Assembly (NCBI RefSeq): GCF_003334385.1
Contig: NZ_QOWN01000002.1
Reading direction: 5' to 3' (one strand)
DNA: 64,000 nucleotides
Origin: Escherichia coli
Lineage (GTDB): Bacteria > Pseudomonadota > Gammaproteobacteria > Enterobacterales > Enterobacteriaceae
The position numbers and the translations under genes are program-made. This document shows, in pieces, positions 20,026 through 31,225 of the stretch; the stretch's first letter is position 1, and each line of letters opens with the position of its first letter. The notes under the pieces were generated by a model, which was given only the letters and a program-made list of their open reading frames with translations, was not told where the DNA came from and did no database searches.

Positions 20026-20313
20026 TCAATTTTCGAGGCGATAACCGGCCATAAAAAAGCGCAACGTAGAACAGGAATTATTCTCACGAAAGAAATCCAT
20101 TACCATCTCTTTATCCAGTCCATAGCGGCGCGTCAGAATCCCCGCTTCCCAGGCGCTAAGCTGGCGATCTCCGGTCTTTTCGTACATCCGGTGTGAGTAG
20201 CCTAATACAAAACCGCGTTTATAATCGGCACAGAATTTTGTCACATTAACCGCACTGTCGGCATGCGTTGCTTTTAATCCCGCCATTAAGCCTTTACCAA
20301 AATGGTTATTCAT
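20026..20313 (-). CDS. yghW: DUF-family small protein YghW
   Basis: 95-aa ORF at the K-12 yghW position. Confidence 0.7.
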
Positions 20314-20431
20314 CGTTCACCTCATTCGCTATATATTGTCATATATAGCGATATTTTAGGCAAAGAACGACTTTTGCGCACGCTATTTTTTCATGCTTGT
20401 TTAAGACGTAATCCCGTAAGAGATAAACCTA

Positions 20432-21316
20432 TCAGGAGAGATATTTATCGAACCATTTCAGTGTCCTTTGCCAGGCAAGATCGGCGGCAGATTTGTCATA
20501 ACGGGGCGTGGAATCATTATGGAATCCGTGATTAACCCCCGGATAGATATACGCCTCATAAACCTTATTATTGGCTTTCAACGCCGCCTCGTAAGCAGGC
20601 CAGCCCTCGTTGATTCGGGTGTCCAGTTCCGCGAAGTGGAGTAGTAAAGGCGCTTCAATCTTCGCCACATCGGCAGTGGGTGCCTGACGACCATAAAACG
20701 GCACCGCGCAGGCCAGTTCCGGATACGCGACAGCCGCCGCGTTCGATACGCCACCGCCATAGCAAAATCCGGTAATACCCACTTTGCCTGTCGCTTGCGG
20801 ATAGCGTTGCATAAACTCAATTGCGGCAAAGAAATCATTCATCAGTTTGTTGGATCAACCTGCTGTTGCAGCTCACGACCTTTATCATCATTTCCCGGAT
20901 AACCTCCAACGGAACTTAAGCCGTCAGGTGCCAGGGCGATATACCCCGCCTTCGCCACTCGCCGTGCCACATCTTCGATATACGGATTCAGTCCACGATT
21001 CTCATGCACCACCACTACGGCTGGCGTTTTGCCGCTCATCTTTGCGGGCTTCACCAGATAACCCCGCACCTCGCCGTGACCATTTGGCGAAGGATACGTG
21101 ATGTACTCAGCAACAATTTCCGGGTCGGTAAACTCTACCTGAGTCGCCAGCGCATAATTTGGCTTGAGCAAATCAAACAACGCTAATGCCGTCATCCCGC
21201 CTACCGCACTTCGCCGCAAGGTTGAGGAACTCACGTTTCGAGATTTTCCCGTGAGCGTAATAGTCATAGTAATCCAGCAACTCTTGTGGGAAATCTTTGG
21301 CGGTTAAACGCGGCAT
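20432..21316 (-). pseudogene. yghX: Dienelactone hydrolase-family gene yghX, disrupted by two frameshifts
   Basis: One protein is split across three minus-strand frames: 21316..21173 ([36 protein letters not shown]), 21267..20842 (...[24 protein letters not shown]...) and 20842..20432 (...GFCYGGGVSNAAAVAYPE...GVNHGFHND). Confidence 0.7.
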
Positions 21317-21472
21317 CGTTGCACTCCTCAGTTGGTGTTTTTTTAAGCAAAGCATAAGCACGTGTTTTTGCCCAGTTTTTCGTCACTCTGTGAGCCAGAC
21401 TACGGGATACGCGCTGGCGAATCGCTAAACTAGAAACATTGTTTCGAAATTGAACGGTGGAAAGGAGAGGTC

Positions 21473-22513
21473 ATGGTCTGGTTAGCGAATCCCGAACGTT
21501 ACGGGCAGATGCAATACCGCTATTGCGGAAAAAGTGGTTTACGCCTGCCCGCGTTATCGCTCGGTTTATGGCACAATTTCGGTCACGTTAACGCGTTGGA
21601 ATCACAGCGTGCGATCCTGCGTAAAGCGTTTGATTTGGGCATTACGCACTTTGATTTAGCCAACAATTACGGGCCGCCTCCAGGAAGCGCAGAAGAGAAC
21701 TTTGGTCGCCTGCTGCGGGAGGATTTTGCCGCTTATCGCGATGAACTGATTATCTCTACCAAGGCTGGCTACGATATGTGGCCCGGCCCTTACGGCTCTG
21801 GCGGTTCACGTAAATACCTGCTCGCCAGCCTCGACCAAAGCCTGAAGCGTATGGGGCTTGAGTATGTCGATATCTTTTACTCTCATCGCGTCGATGAAAA
21901 TACGCCGATGGAAGAAACCGCCTCTGCGCTGGCTCATGCGGTACAAAGCGGTAAGGCGCTGTATGTCGGGATCTCCTCTTACTCGCCAGAGCGGACGCAA
22001 AAAATGGTCGAGTTGCTGCGCGAGTGGAAAATTCCGCTGTTAATTCATCAACCTTCGTACAATTTACTGAACCGCTGGGTGGATAAAAGCGGCCTGCTGG
22101 ATACCCTGCAAAATAACGGCGTGGGCTGTATTGCCTTTACTCCTCTGGCTCAGGGATTGCTGACCGGAAAATATCTCAACGGCATTCCGCAAGATTCACG
22201 GATGCATCGTGAAGGGAATAAAGTTCGTGGTCTGACACCGAAAATGCTTACCGAAGCCAACCTCAACAGCCTGCGCTTATTGAATGAAATGGCACAGCAG
22301 CGTGGACAATCAATGGCGCAAATGGCGTTAAGCTGGTTGCTGAAAGATGATCGCGTGACGTCGGTATTGATTGGTGCCAGCCGCGCGGAGCAACTAGAGG
22401 AGAACGTGCAGGCGCTGAATAATCTGACATTTAGCACCAAGGAGCTGGCGCAGATTGATCAGCATATCGCCGATGGCGAGCTGAATCTGTGGCAGGCGTC
22501 TTCCGATAAATGA
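21473..22513 (+). CDS. yghZ: Aldo-keto reductase (L-glyceraldehyde 3-phosphate reductase) YghZ
   Basis: 346 aa, AKR family, MVWLANPERYGQMQYRYCGKSGLRLPALSLGLW. Confidence 0.9.
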   Translation: MVWLANPERYGQMQYRYCGKSGLRLPALSLGLWHNFGHVNALESQRAILRKAFDLGITHFDLANNYGPPPGSAEENFGRLLREDFAAYRDELIISTKAGYDMWPGPYGSGGSRKYLLASLDQSLKRMGLEYVDIFYSHRVDENTPMEETASALAHAVQSGKALYVGISSYSPERTQKMVELLREWKIPLLIHQPSYNLLNRWVDKSGLLDTLQNNGVGCIAFTPLAQGLLTGKYLNGIPQDSRMHREGNKVRGLTPKMLTEANLNSLRLLNEMAQQRGQSMAQMALSWLLKDDRVTSVLIGASRAEQLEENVQALNNLTFSTKELAQIDQHIADGELNLWQASSDK

Positions 22514-22523
22514 CCTGTTAATA

Positions 22524-22542
22524 ACGGGCGCGCGAACCGCGC
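22524..22542. terminator. Bidirectional hairpin between yghZ and yqhA
   Basis: gggcgcg cgaac cgcgccc perfect stem between convergent genes. Confidence 0.5.
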
Positions 22543-22552
22543 CCGAATCAGA

Positions 22553-23116
<564 letters not shown>

Positions 23117-23237
23117 TCAACATATACGTTAAACCTTTGTCGCATAATTCTGAGGTTTAGGGATCTTCCTGGTTCCCTTATCAACGCATCGAGAACGTCT
23201 ACCCTTAAAGGACGTTGAACCTGAAGGGAGAAAAACG

Positions 23238-24122
23238 ATGTCTCATTTAAAAGACCCGACCACGCAGTATTACACTGGTGAATATCCCAAACAGAAACAA
23301 CCGACGCCAGGCATCCAGGCGAAGATGACACCGGTACCGGATTGCGGCGAGAAAACCTATGTTGGTAGCGGTCGCCTGAAAGATCGTAAAGCACTGGTGA
23401 CAGGGGGCGATTCCGGAATAGGTCGCGCTGCCGCCATCGCTTACGCGCGTGAAGGGGCTGACGTGGCGATCAGTTATCTTCCCGTGGAAGAAGAAGACGC
23501 TCAGGATGTGAAAAAGATCATTGAAGAATGCGGACGCAAAGCCGTTCTGCTGCCAAGCGATTTAAGCGATGAGAAATTTGCCCGTTCGCTGGTTCACGAA
23601 GCGCACAAGGCGTTAGGCGGGCTGGATATTATGGCGCTGGTCGCCGGGAAACAGGTTGCCATTCCGGATATTGCAGACCTCACCAGCGAACAGTTTCAAA
23701 AGACCTTTGCCATTAACGTTTTCGCGCTGTTCTGGCTAACCCAGGAAGCGATCCCCCTGCTACCGAAAGGTACAAGTATCATCACCACTTCGTCAATCCA
23801 GGCATACCAGCCAAGTCCGCATTTACTGGACTATGCGGCTACGAAGGCGGCGATTCTGAACTACAGCCGTGGCTTGGCAAAACAGGTCGCGGAGAAAGGT
23901 ATTCGGGTGAATATTGTCGCGCCAGGCCCGATCTGGACAGCACTGCAAATTTCCGGCGGACAAACGCAGGATAAGATCCCGCAGTTTGGTCAGCAAACGC
24001 CGATGAAACGTGCGGGGCAACCGGCGGAACTGGCCCCTGTATATGTTTATCTGGCAAGTCAGGAGTCGAGCTACGTCACCGCAGAAGTGCACGGCGTGTG
24101 CGGCGGCGAGCATTTAGGTTAA
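23238..24122 (+). CDS. yghA: Short-chain dehydrogenase/reductase YghA
   Basis: 294 aa. SDR Rossmann motif [10 protein letters not shown] and catalytic YxxxK context. Confidence 0.9.
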   Translation: MSHLKDPTTQYYTGEYPKQKQPTPGIQAKMTPVPDCGEKTYVGSGRLKDRKALVTGGDSGIGRAAAIAYAREGADVAISYLPVEEEDAQDVKKIIEECGRKAVLLPSDLSDEKFARSLVHEAHKALGGLDIMALVAGKQVAIPDIADLTSEQFQKTFAINVFALFWLTQEAIPLLPKGTSIITTSSIQAYQPSPHLLDYAATKAAILNYSRGLAKQVAEKGIRVNIVAPGPIWTALQISGGQTQDKIPQFGQQTPMKRAGQPAELAPVYVYLASQESSYVTAEVHGVCGGEHLG

Positions 24123-24127
24123 AAAAA

Positions 24128-24155
24128 TGCCCGGTTGTGAAAAGCAACCGGGCAT
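24128..24155 (+). terminator. yghA terminator hairpin
   Basis: gcccggttg tgaaaag caaccgggc stem-loop right after the yghA stop. Confidence 0.5.
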
Positions 24156-24189
24156 CATTGTGAATTCACTCTTACCTGATGTGGCGAAA

Positions 24190-24390
24190 ACGCCTTATCC
24201 GCCTACAAACGCATGAAGATTCAACATGTTGCAATAGATTTTGTAGGCCTGATAAGCGTAGCGCATCAGGCATTGAGCACCTAATGCCGGATGCGTCGTG
24301 AACGCCTTATCCGGCCTACAAACGCACGAAGATTCAACATGTTGCAATAGATTTTGTAGGCCTGATGAGCGTAGCGCATCAGGCAATTCT
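24190..24390. repeat. Tandemly duplicated REP/BIME cluster
   Basis: Two near-identical ~110-bp units (cgccttatccgcctacaaacgcatgaagattcaacatgttgcaatagattttgtaggcctgataagcgtagcgcatcaggca and its copy), each with REP palindromes. Confidence 0.6.
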
Positions 24391-24393
24391 ACT

Positions 24394-24819
24394 TTACTTC
24401 GCTTTGGCGGTTTCTTCGCCGACCAGACCTATCTTCAGGTAACCCGCCTGATGCAGCGTATCCATTACCTTCATCAACGTCTCGTAATCGACGGTTTTGT
24501 CCGCTCGGAAGAAGATGGTGGTGTCTTTCTTGCCTTCGGTTAACGCATTCAACGCCGTAATCATTGTTTCATCGGTGACCGGATCGTTACCGATAAACAT
24601 CGAGTTGTCTGCCTTCACCGACAGATAAACCGGTTTTTCCGGGCGCGGCTGCGGCGTGCTGGTAGAAGCAGGCAAGTTCACCTTCACATCTACCGTCGCT
24701 AACGGTGCCGCCACCATAAAGATAATCAGCAGAACCAACATCACGTCGATAAACGGCGTCACGTTGATATCATGCATTTCGCCGTTATCGTCGAGGTTTT
24801 CGTTAAGATGCATTGCCAT
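24394..24819 (-). CDS. exbD: TonB-system biopolymer transport protein ExbD
   Basis: 141 aa, single N-terminal TM, MAMHLNENLDDNGEMHDINVTPFIDVMLVLLIIFMV. Confidence 0.95.
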   Translation of the reverse strand: MAMHLNENLDDNGEMHDINVTPFIDVMLVLLIIFMVAAPLATVDVKVNLPASTSTPQPRPEKPVYLSVKADNSMFIGNDPVTDETMITALNALTEGKKDTTIFFRADKTVDYETLMKVMDTLHQAGYLKIGLVGEETAKAK

Positions 24820-24825
24820 CGGATA

Positions 24826-25560
24826 TTATCCTGCGCGTAATTTTTGTGCGACACGAACCGGATGCGCAGCGGCGCTGGCTTCCAGATCCAGGTCACGGCT
24901 TTGCAGCAACAATACCTGCGCTGCAACATCACCCAGCATCGCTTTAAAGCCGCCAATCTGGCGTGCAAATACGTTATAGATAACGACCGCAGGAATCGCT
25001 GCCACGAGGCCGATTGCCGTTGCTAACAGAGCTTCTGCGATACCCGGCGCAACGACTGCCAGGTTAGTGGTCTGCGTTTGCGCGATACCAATAAAGCTGT
25101 TCATGATGCCCCAGACCGTACCAAACAGACCAACGAACGGAGAAATCGCGCCGATGGTTGCCAGATAGCCGTTACCGCGGCCCATTTGACGACCCACTGC
25201 GGCGACCCGACGCTCCAGACGGAAGCTGGTACGTTCTTTAATACCTTCGTTATCGTCGCTGCCTTCTGACAGTTCCAGCTCATTCTGCGCTTCATTGAGC
25301 AAATGCAGGCTTAAGCTTTTGCTACCAAAATCAGCGGCGATATCGTTGGCCTGGTTTAAGGAACGCGCTTCAGCCAGCAGTTGCTGCTCGCGCTTAAGGC
25401 GACGCTTCTGATTGAAGAACTCTACGCTCTTACTGAAGAAGATTGCCCAGGTGACTACGGAGGCCAAAATAAGCCCAATCATCACGCACTTAACGACAAT
25501 ATCGGCGTGCTGATACATACCCCAGACGGAAAGGTCCGTCTGCATTAAATTATTACCCAC
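24826..25560 (-). CDS. exbB: TonB-system proton channel ExbB
   Basis: 244 aa, MotA/TolQ/ExbB family, directly upstream of exbD. Confidence 0.95.
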   Translation of the reverse strand: MGNNLMQTDLSVWGMYQHADIVVKCVMIGLILASVVTWAIFFSKSVEFFNQKRRLKREQQLLAEARSLNQANDIAADFGSKSLSLHLLNEAQNELELSEGSDDNEGIKERTSFRLERRVAAVGRQMGRGNGYLATIGAISPFVGLFGTVWGIMNSFIGIAQTQTTNLAVVAPGIAEALLATAIGLVAAIPAVVIYNVFARQIGGFKAMLGDVAAQVLLLQSRDLDLEASAAAHPVRVAQKLRAG

Positions 25561-25676
25561 TGTGTATCTCCAGGACGCAAGTCACAAAATCTGCGCATAA
25601 TAATATCAAAACGACGTCGAATTGATAGTCGTTCTCATTACTATTTGCATACTGCCGTACCTTTGCTTTCTTTTCC
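25561..25676 (-). promoter_or_regulatory. exbB promoter with putative Fur box
   Basis: AT-rich segments (gcataataatatcaaa, tctcattactatttgc) loosely match Fur-box half-sites; exbBD is iron-regulated in E. coli (established knowledge). Match judged by eye only. Confidence 0.3.
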
Positions 25677-25777
25677 TTGCGTTTACGCAGTAAAAAAGTC
25701 ACCAGCACGCCATTTGCGAAAATTTTCTGCTTTATGCCAATTCTTCAGGATGCGCCCGCGAATATTCATGCTAGTTT

Positions 25778-25793
25778 AGACATCCAGACGTAT
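25778..25793 (+). promoter_or_regulatory. Tandem MetJ boxes upstream of metC
   Basis: agacatcc agacgtat, two adjacent 8-mers matching the met-box consensus AGACGTCT, ~20 nt upstream of the metC ATG. Confidence 0.5.
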
Positions 25794-25811
25794 AAAAACA
25801 GGAATCCCGAC

Positions 25812-26999
25812 ATGGCGGACAAAAAGCTTGATACTCAACTGGTGAATGCAGGACGCAGCAAAAAATACACTCTCGGCGCGGTAAATAGCGTGATTCAGCG
25901 CGCTTCTTCGCTGGTCTTTGACAGTGTAGAAGCCAAAAAACACGCGACACGTAATCGCGCCAATGGAGAGTTGTTCTATGGACGGCGCGGAACGTTAACC
26001 CATTTCTCCTTACAACAAGCGATGTGTGAACTGGAAGGTGGCGCAGGCTGCGTGCTATTTCCCTGCGGGGCGGCAGCGGTTGCTAATTCCATTCTTGCTT
26101 TTATCGAACAGGGCGATCATGTGTTGATGACCAACACCGCCTATGAACCGAGTCAGGATTTCTGTAGCAAAATCCTCAGCAAACTGGGCGTAACGACATC
26201 ATGGTTTGATCCGCTGATTGGTGCCGATATCGTTAAGCATCTGCAGCCAAACACTAAAATCGTGTTTCTGGAATCGCCAGGCTCCATCACCATGGAAGTC
26301 CACGACGTTCCGGCGATTGTTGCCGCCGTACGCAGTGTGGTGCCGGATGCCATCATTATGATCGACAACACCTGGGCAGCCGGTGTGCTGTTTAAGGCGC
26401 TGGATTTTGGCATCGATGTTTCTATTCAAGCCGCCACCAAATATCTGGTTGGGCATTCAGATGCGATGATTGGCACTGCCGTGTGCAATGCCCGTTGCTG
26501 GGAGCAGCTACGGGAAAATGCCTATCTGATGGGCCAGATGGTCGATGCCGATACCGCCTATATAACCAGCCGTGGCCTGCGCACATTAGGTGTGCGTTTG
26601 CGTCAACATCATGAAAGCAGTCTGAAAGTGGCTGAATGGCTGGCAGAACATCCGCAAGTTGCGCGAGTTAACCACCCTGCTCTGCCTGGCAGTAAAGGTC
26701 ACGAATTCTGGAAACGAGACTTTACAGGCAGCAGCGGGCTATTTTCCTTTGTGCTTAAGAAAAAACTCAATAATGAAGAGCTGGCGAACTATCTGGATAA
26801 CTTCAGTTTATTCAGCATGGCCTACTCGTGGGGCGGGTATGAATCGTTGATCCTGGCAAATCAACCAGAACATATCGCCGCCATTCGCCCACAAGGCGAG
26901 ATCGATTTTAGCGGGACCTTGATTCGCCTGCATATTGGTCTGGAAGATGTCGACGATCTGATTGCCGATCTGGACGCCGGTTTTGCGCGAATTGTATAA
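25812..26999 (+). CDS. metC: Cystathionine beta-lyase MetC
   Basis: 395 aa from [15 protein letters not shown]; PLP fold-type I. The ORF-track start at 25677 is an upstream extension. Confidence 0.95.
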   Translation: MADKKLDTQLVNAGRSKKYTLGAVNSVIQRASSLVFDSVEAKKHATRNRANGELFYGRRGTLTHFSLQQAMCELEGGAGCVLFPCGAAAVANSILAFIEQGDHVLMTNTAYEPSQDFCSKILSKLGVTTSWFDPLIGADIVKHLQPNTKIVFLESPGSITMEVHDVPAIVAAVRSVVPDAIIMIDNTWAAGVLFKALDFGIDVSIQAATKYLVGHSDAMIGTAVCNARCWEQLRENAYLMGQMVDADTAYITSRGLRTLGVRLRQHHESSLKVAEWLAEHPQVARVNHPALPGSKGHEFWKRDFTGSSGLFSFVLKKKLNNEELANYLDNFSLFSMAYSWGGYESLILANQPEHIAAIRPQGEIDFSGTLIRLHIGLEDVDDLIADLDAGFARIV

Positions 27000-27047
27000 C
27001 ATTGCCACTTTTGGACAATTTTGCAGACATTTTATTGTGAAAAGTCT

Positions 27048-27075
27048 TAAATTGTTGCGTCCGGGATCAAGGCGT
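27048..27075 (+). terminator. metC terminator hairpin
   Basis: cgtccggga tcaagg cgtcccggacg, 9-bp stem. Confidence 0.45.
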
Positions 27076-27138
27076 CCCGGACGATTCAGGAGTACAATAG
27101 GCAGATAAAGGCTTAAACGCTGTTCCACAGGAAAGTCC

Positions 27139-27798
27139 ATGGCTGTTATTCAAGATATCATCGCTGCGCTCTGGCAACACGACTTTGCCGCGCTGGCGGA
27201 TCCTCATATTGTTAGCGTTGTTTACTTTGTCATGTTTGCCACGCTGTTTTTAGAAAACGGCCTGCTGCCCGCCTCATTTTTGCCAGGCGACAGCTTGTTG
27301 ATACTGGCAGGCGCATTGATTGCCCAGGGGGTTATGGATTTTCTGCCTACGATTGCGATTCTGACCGCCGCAGCAAGTCTGGGCTGCTGGCTAAGTTATA
27401 TTCAGGGGCGCTGGTTAGGGAATACCAAAACGGTGAAAGGCTGGCTGGCACAGCTTCCTGCTAAATATCACCAGCGCGCCACCTGCATGTTTGACCGCCA
27501 CGGTCTGCTGGCGCTGCTGGCTGGACGTTTTCTTGCATTTGTCCGTACGCTGCTGCCAACCATGGCGGGAATTTCCGGTCTGCCAAACCGCCGCTTCCAG
27601 TTTTTCAACTGGTTAAGTGGATTGCTGTGGGTCAGCGTGGTAACCAGTTTTGGCTATGCCTTAAGTATGATTCCGTTCGTTAAACGCCATGAAGATCAGG
27701 TAATGACGTTCCTGATGATCCTGCCAATTGCCTTGTTAACCGCTGGCTTGTTAGGCACGCTGTTTGTGGTGATTAAAAAAAAATACTGTAACGCCTGA
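27139..27798 (+). CDS. yghB: DedA-family inner membrane protein YghB
   Basis: 219-aa polytopic membrane protein with DedA-family topology. Confidence 0.9.
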
Positions 27799-27837
27799 CG
27801 ATTTTCCCCGTTCCCGGTTGCTGTACCGGGAACGTAT

Positions 27838-28794
27838 TTAATTCCCCTGCATCGCCCGCATTCTTGCCGCATCTTCCCCCGGCGTCACACCGAAGTAACG
27901 TTTAAACTCACGGCTAAATTGCGATGCGCTTTCATAGCCGACGCGCATCGCTGCTGCGCTGGCCTTCATGCCGTCATGGATGATCATCATCCGCGCCTTA
28001 TGCAGACGGTAATTCTTCAAATACTGCAACGGCGAGGTACTGGTGACAGACTTAAAATTATGGTGGAACGCCGATACGCTCATGTTGGCTTCTGCCGCCA
28101 GTTGCTCGACGCTCAGGTTTTCGGTGTATTTATTCTCAATCCGTTTCAGCACGCGGCTAATCAGACTGAAGTGAGTCTGGCGACTGACCAGCGCCAGTAA
28201 CGCGCCGCCGCAAGGTCCGGTCAGCACGTAGTACAGAATTTCGCGGATGATCTGTTTGCCGAGAATACGCGCATCCAGTGGTCGCTCCATCACGTCGAGT
28301 AACCGCTCCGCCGCGCATAAAATCTCTTCTGATAACGTGGCGGAGTTAATCCCGCTGGCTGCCATCGACGGCTGGAAATGCTCATCTTCGCCAATGTCCA
28401 TCAACAGTTCCTGTAACTGCAAAATATCGACATTGAGACGCAACCCTGCCAGCGGCACCTCTGACGTGGCATAGGTTTCGCACTCAAACGGCAACGGCAC
28501 CGTCAGCAGCAGGTATTCATTGGCATCATAACGAAACACGCGTTCATTGATATAACCGATTTTATGCCCGGAAAAGAGAATTATGATGCCAGGCTCGTAC
28601 ATCACCGGTGTACGTGCGAAAGGCGTCTCGCCATACAACAAACGCACATCGGGCAACAGTTCTGACAAACTATTTTCTTTATTTTTCAGTTTATTAACTT
28701 TATCCGCCAGCAAGCGGCAAATCTCTTCACGTTTCATATCGCGTAATTTCTTAGGAATAATGCGGCAATTTGATTGTGCGCAATTTTGTAGCAT
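27838..28794 (-). CDS. yqhC: AraC-family transcriptional activator YqhC
   Basis: 318 aa from [10 protein letters not shown]; C-terminal AraC HTH (...[17 protein letters not shown]). The ORF track extends 57 codons upstream across the yqhD start and is rejected. Confidence 0.85.
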   Translation of the reverse strand: MLQNCAQSNCRIIPKKLRDMKREEICRLLADKVNKLKNKENSLSELLPDVRLLYGETPFARTPVMYEPGIIILFSGHKIGYINERVFRYDANEYLLLTVPLPFECETYATSEVPLAGLRLNVDILQLQELLMDIGEDEHFQPSMAASGINSATLSEEILCAAERLLDVMERPLDARILGKQIIREILYYVLTGPCGGALLALVSRQTHFSLISRVLKRIENKYTENLSVEQLAAEANMSVSAFHHNFKSVTSTSPLQYLKNYRLHKARMMIIHDGMKASAAAMRVGYESASQFSREFKRYFGVTPGEDAARMRAMQGN

Positions 28795-28930
28795 TTCTCC
28801 AGCACTCTGGAGAAATAGGCAAGACATTGGCAGAAATGAGCATTGAGAGCCAGGGCGCTGGCGATCACAATGAAAAACATCAGGCAGATCGTTCTCTGCC
28901 CTCATATTGGCCCAGCAAAGGGAGCAAGTA

Positions 28931-30094
28931 ATGAACAACTTTAATCTGCACACCCCAACCCGCATTCTGTTTGGTAAAGGCGCAATCGCTGGTTTACGCG
29001 AACAAATTCCTCACGATGCTCGCGTATTGATTACCTACGGCGGCGGCAGCGTGAAAAAAACCGGCGTTCTCGATCAAGTTCTGGATGCCCTGAAAGGCAT
29101 GGACGTGCTGGAATTTGGCGGTATTGAGCCAAACCCGGCTTATGAAACGCTGATGAACGCCGTGAAACTGGTTCGCGAACAGAAAGTGACTTTCCTGCTG
29201 GCGGTTGGCGGCGGTTCTGTACTGGACGGCACCAAATTTATCGCCGCAGCGGCTAACTATCTGGAAAATATCGATCCGTGGCACATTCTGCAAACGGGCG
29301 GTAAAGAGATTAAAAGCGCCATCCCGATGGGCTGTGTGCTGACGCTGCCAGCAACCGGTTCAGAATCCAACGCAGGCGCGGTGATCTCCCGTAAAACCAC
29401 AGGCGACAAGCAGGCGTTCCATTCTGCCCATGTTCAGCCGGTATTTGCCGTGCTCGATCCGGTTTATACCTACACCCTGCCGCCGCGTCAGGTGGCTAAC
29501 GGCGTAGTGGACGCCTTTGTACACACCGTGGAACAGTATGTTACCAAACCGGTTGATGCCAAAATTCAGGACCGTTTCGCAGAAGGCATTTTGCTGACGC
29601 TAATCGAAGATGGTCCGAAAGCCCTGAAAGAGCCAGAAAACTACGATGTGCGCGCCAACGTCATGTGGGCGGCGACTCAGGCGCTGAACGGTTTGATTGG
29701 CGCTGGCGTACCGCAGGACTGGGCAACGCATATGCTGGGCCACGAACTGACTGCGATGCACGGTCTGGATCACGCGCAAACACTGGCTATCGTCCTGCCT
29801 GCACTGTGGAATGAAAAACGCGATACCAAGCGCGCTAAGCTGCTGCAATATGCTGAACGCGTCTGGAACATCACTGAAGGTTCCGATGATGAGCGTATTG
29901 ACGCCGCGATTGCCGCAACCCGCAATTTCTTTGAGCAATTAGGCGTGCCGACCCACCTCTCCGACTACGGTCTGGACGGCAGCTCCATCCCGGCTTTGCT
30001 GAAAAAACTGGAAGAGCACGGCATGACCCAACTGGGCGAAAATCATGACATTACGTTGGATGTCAGCCGCCGTATATACGAAGCCGCCCGCTAA
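28931..30094 (+). CDS. yqhD: NADPH-dependent aldehyde reductase YqhD
   Basis: 387 aa from [22 protein letters not shown]; iron-type alcohol dehydrogenase fold (GGGSVLDG). Confidence 0.95.
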   Translation: MNNFNLHTPTRILFGKGAIAGLREQIPHDARVLITYGGGSVKKTGVLDQVLDALKGMDVLEFGGIEPNPAYETLMNAVKLVREQKVTFLLAVGGGSVLDGTKFIAAAANYLENIDPWHILQTGGKEIKSAIPMGCVLTLPATGSESNAGAVISRKTTGDKQAFHSAHVQPVFAVLDPVYTYTLPPRQVANGVVDAFVHTVEQYVTKPVDAKIQDRFAEGILLTLIEDGPKALKEPENYDVRANVMWAATQALNGLIGAGVPQDWATHMLGHELTAMHGLDHAQTLAIVLPALWNEKRDTKRAKLLQYAERVWNITEGSDDERIDAAIAATRNFFEQLGVPTHLSDYGLDGSSIPALLKKLEEHGMTQLGENHDITLDVSRRIYEAAR

Positions 30095-30198
30095 GCTTTT
30101 TACGCCTCAAACTTTCGTTTTCGGGCATTTCGTCCAGACTTAAGTTCACAACACCTCACCGGAGCCTGCTCCGGTGAGTTCATATAAAGGAGGAACGT

Positions 30199-31026
30199 AT
30201 GGCTAATCCAACCGTTATTAAGCTACAGGATGGCAATGTCATGCCCCAGCTGGGACTGGGCGTCTGGCAAGCAAGTAATGAGGAAGTAATCACCGCCATT
30301 CAAAAAGCGTTAGAAGTGGGTTATCGCTCGATTGATACCGCCGCGGCCTACAAGAACGAAGAAGGTGTCGGCAAAGCCCTGAAAAATGCCTCAGTCAACA
30401 GAGAAGAACTGTTCATCACCACTAAGCTGTGGAACGACGACCACAAGCGCCCCCGCGAAGCCCTGCTCGACAGCCTGAAAAAACTCCAGCTTGATTATAT
30501 CGACCTCTACTTAATGCACTGGCCCGTTCCCGCTATCGACCATTATGTCGAAGCATGGAAAGGCATGATCGAATTGCAAAAAGAGGGATTAATCAAAAGC
30601 ATCGGCGTGTGCAACTTCCAGATCCATCACCTGCAACGCCTGATTGATGAAACTGGCGTGACGCCTGTGATAAACCAGATCGAACTTCATCCGCTGATGC
30701 AACAACGCCAGCTACACGCCTGGAACGCGACACACAAAATCCAGACCGAATCCTGGAGCCCATTAGCGCAAGGAGGGAAAGGCGTTTTCGATCAGAAAGT
30801 CATTCGCGATCTGGCAGATAAATACGGCAAAACCCCGGCGCAGATTGTTATCCGCTGGCATCTGGATAGCGGCCTGGTGGTGATCCCGAAATCGGTCACA
30901 CCTTCACGTATTGCCGAAAACTTTGATGTCTGGGATTTCCGTCTCGACAAAGACGAACTCGGCGAAATTGCAAAACTCGATCAGGGCAAGCGTCTCGGTC
31001 CCGATCCTGACCAGTTCGGCGGCTAA
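30199..31026 (+). CDS. dkgA: 2,5-diketo-D-gluconate/methylglyoxal reductase DkgA (aldo-keto reductase)
   Basis: 275 aa, AKR family, SD aggagg upstream; preceded by hairpin caccggagc / gctccggtg. Confidence 0.95.
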   Translation: MANPTVIKLQDGNVMPQLGLGVWQASNEEVITAIQKALEVGYRSIDTAAAYKNEEGVGKALKNASVNREELFITTKLWNDDHKRPREALLDSLKKLQLDYIDLYLMHWPVPAIDHYVEAWKGMIELQKEGLIKSIGVCNFQIHHLQRLIDETGVTPVINQIELHPLMQQRQLHAWNATHKIQTESWSPLAQGGKGVFDQKVIRDLADKYGKTPAQIVIRWHLDSGLVVIPKSVTPSRIAENFDVWDFRLDKDELGEIAKLDQGKRLGPDPDQFGG

Positions 31027-31225
31027 CATGCAAATTCTCCCGGTGGCGGTAATGTTCCGCTACCGGACTTTTCAGAAATCATTTATTCCCCTCGCGTCCC
31101 GCCCGTTGTTACTCTTCCTTGTTCAGGAATGCCAAATATAAGGACATCATCATGCAGAGCCGGAAGCTCTTAAAAGAACAACTCATCTATATCCGGGATA
31201 AACGCAACGGAGAGGTGAAAAACAG

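Noticed and set aside
24190-24390. Possible CRISPR array or mobile-element terminal repeats
   Set aside because: The sequence is characteristic REP/BIME palindromes between convergent genes, with no transposase or cas gene nearby.
27838-28965. 375-aa extended yqhC ORF
   Set aside because: The upstream 57 codons would run across the divergent yqhD promoter and start codon; the AraC-family protein is better explained by starting at MLQNCAQ (28794).
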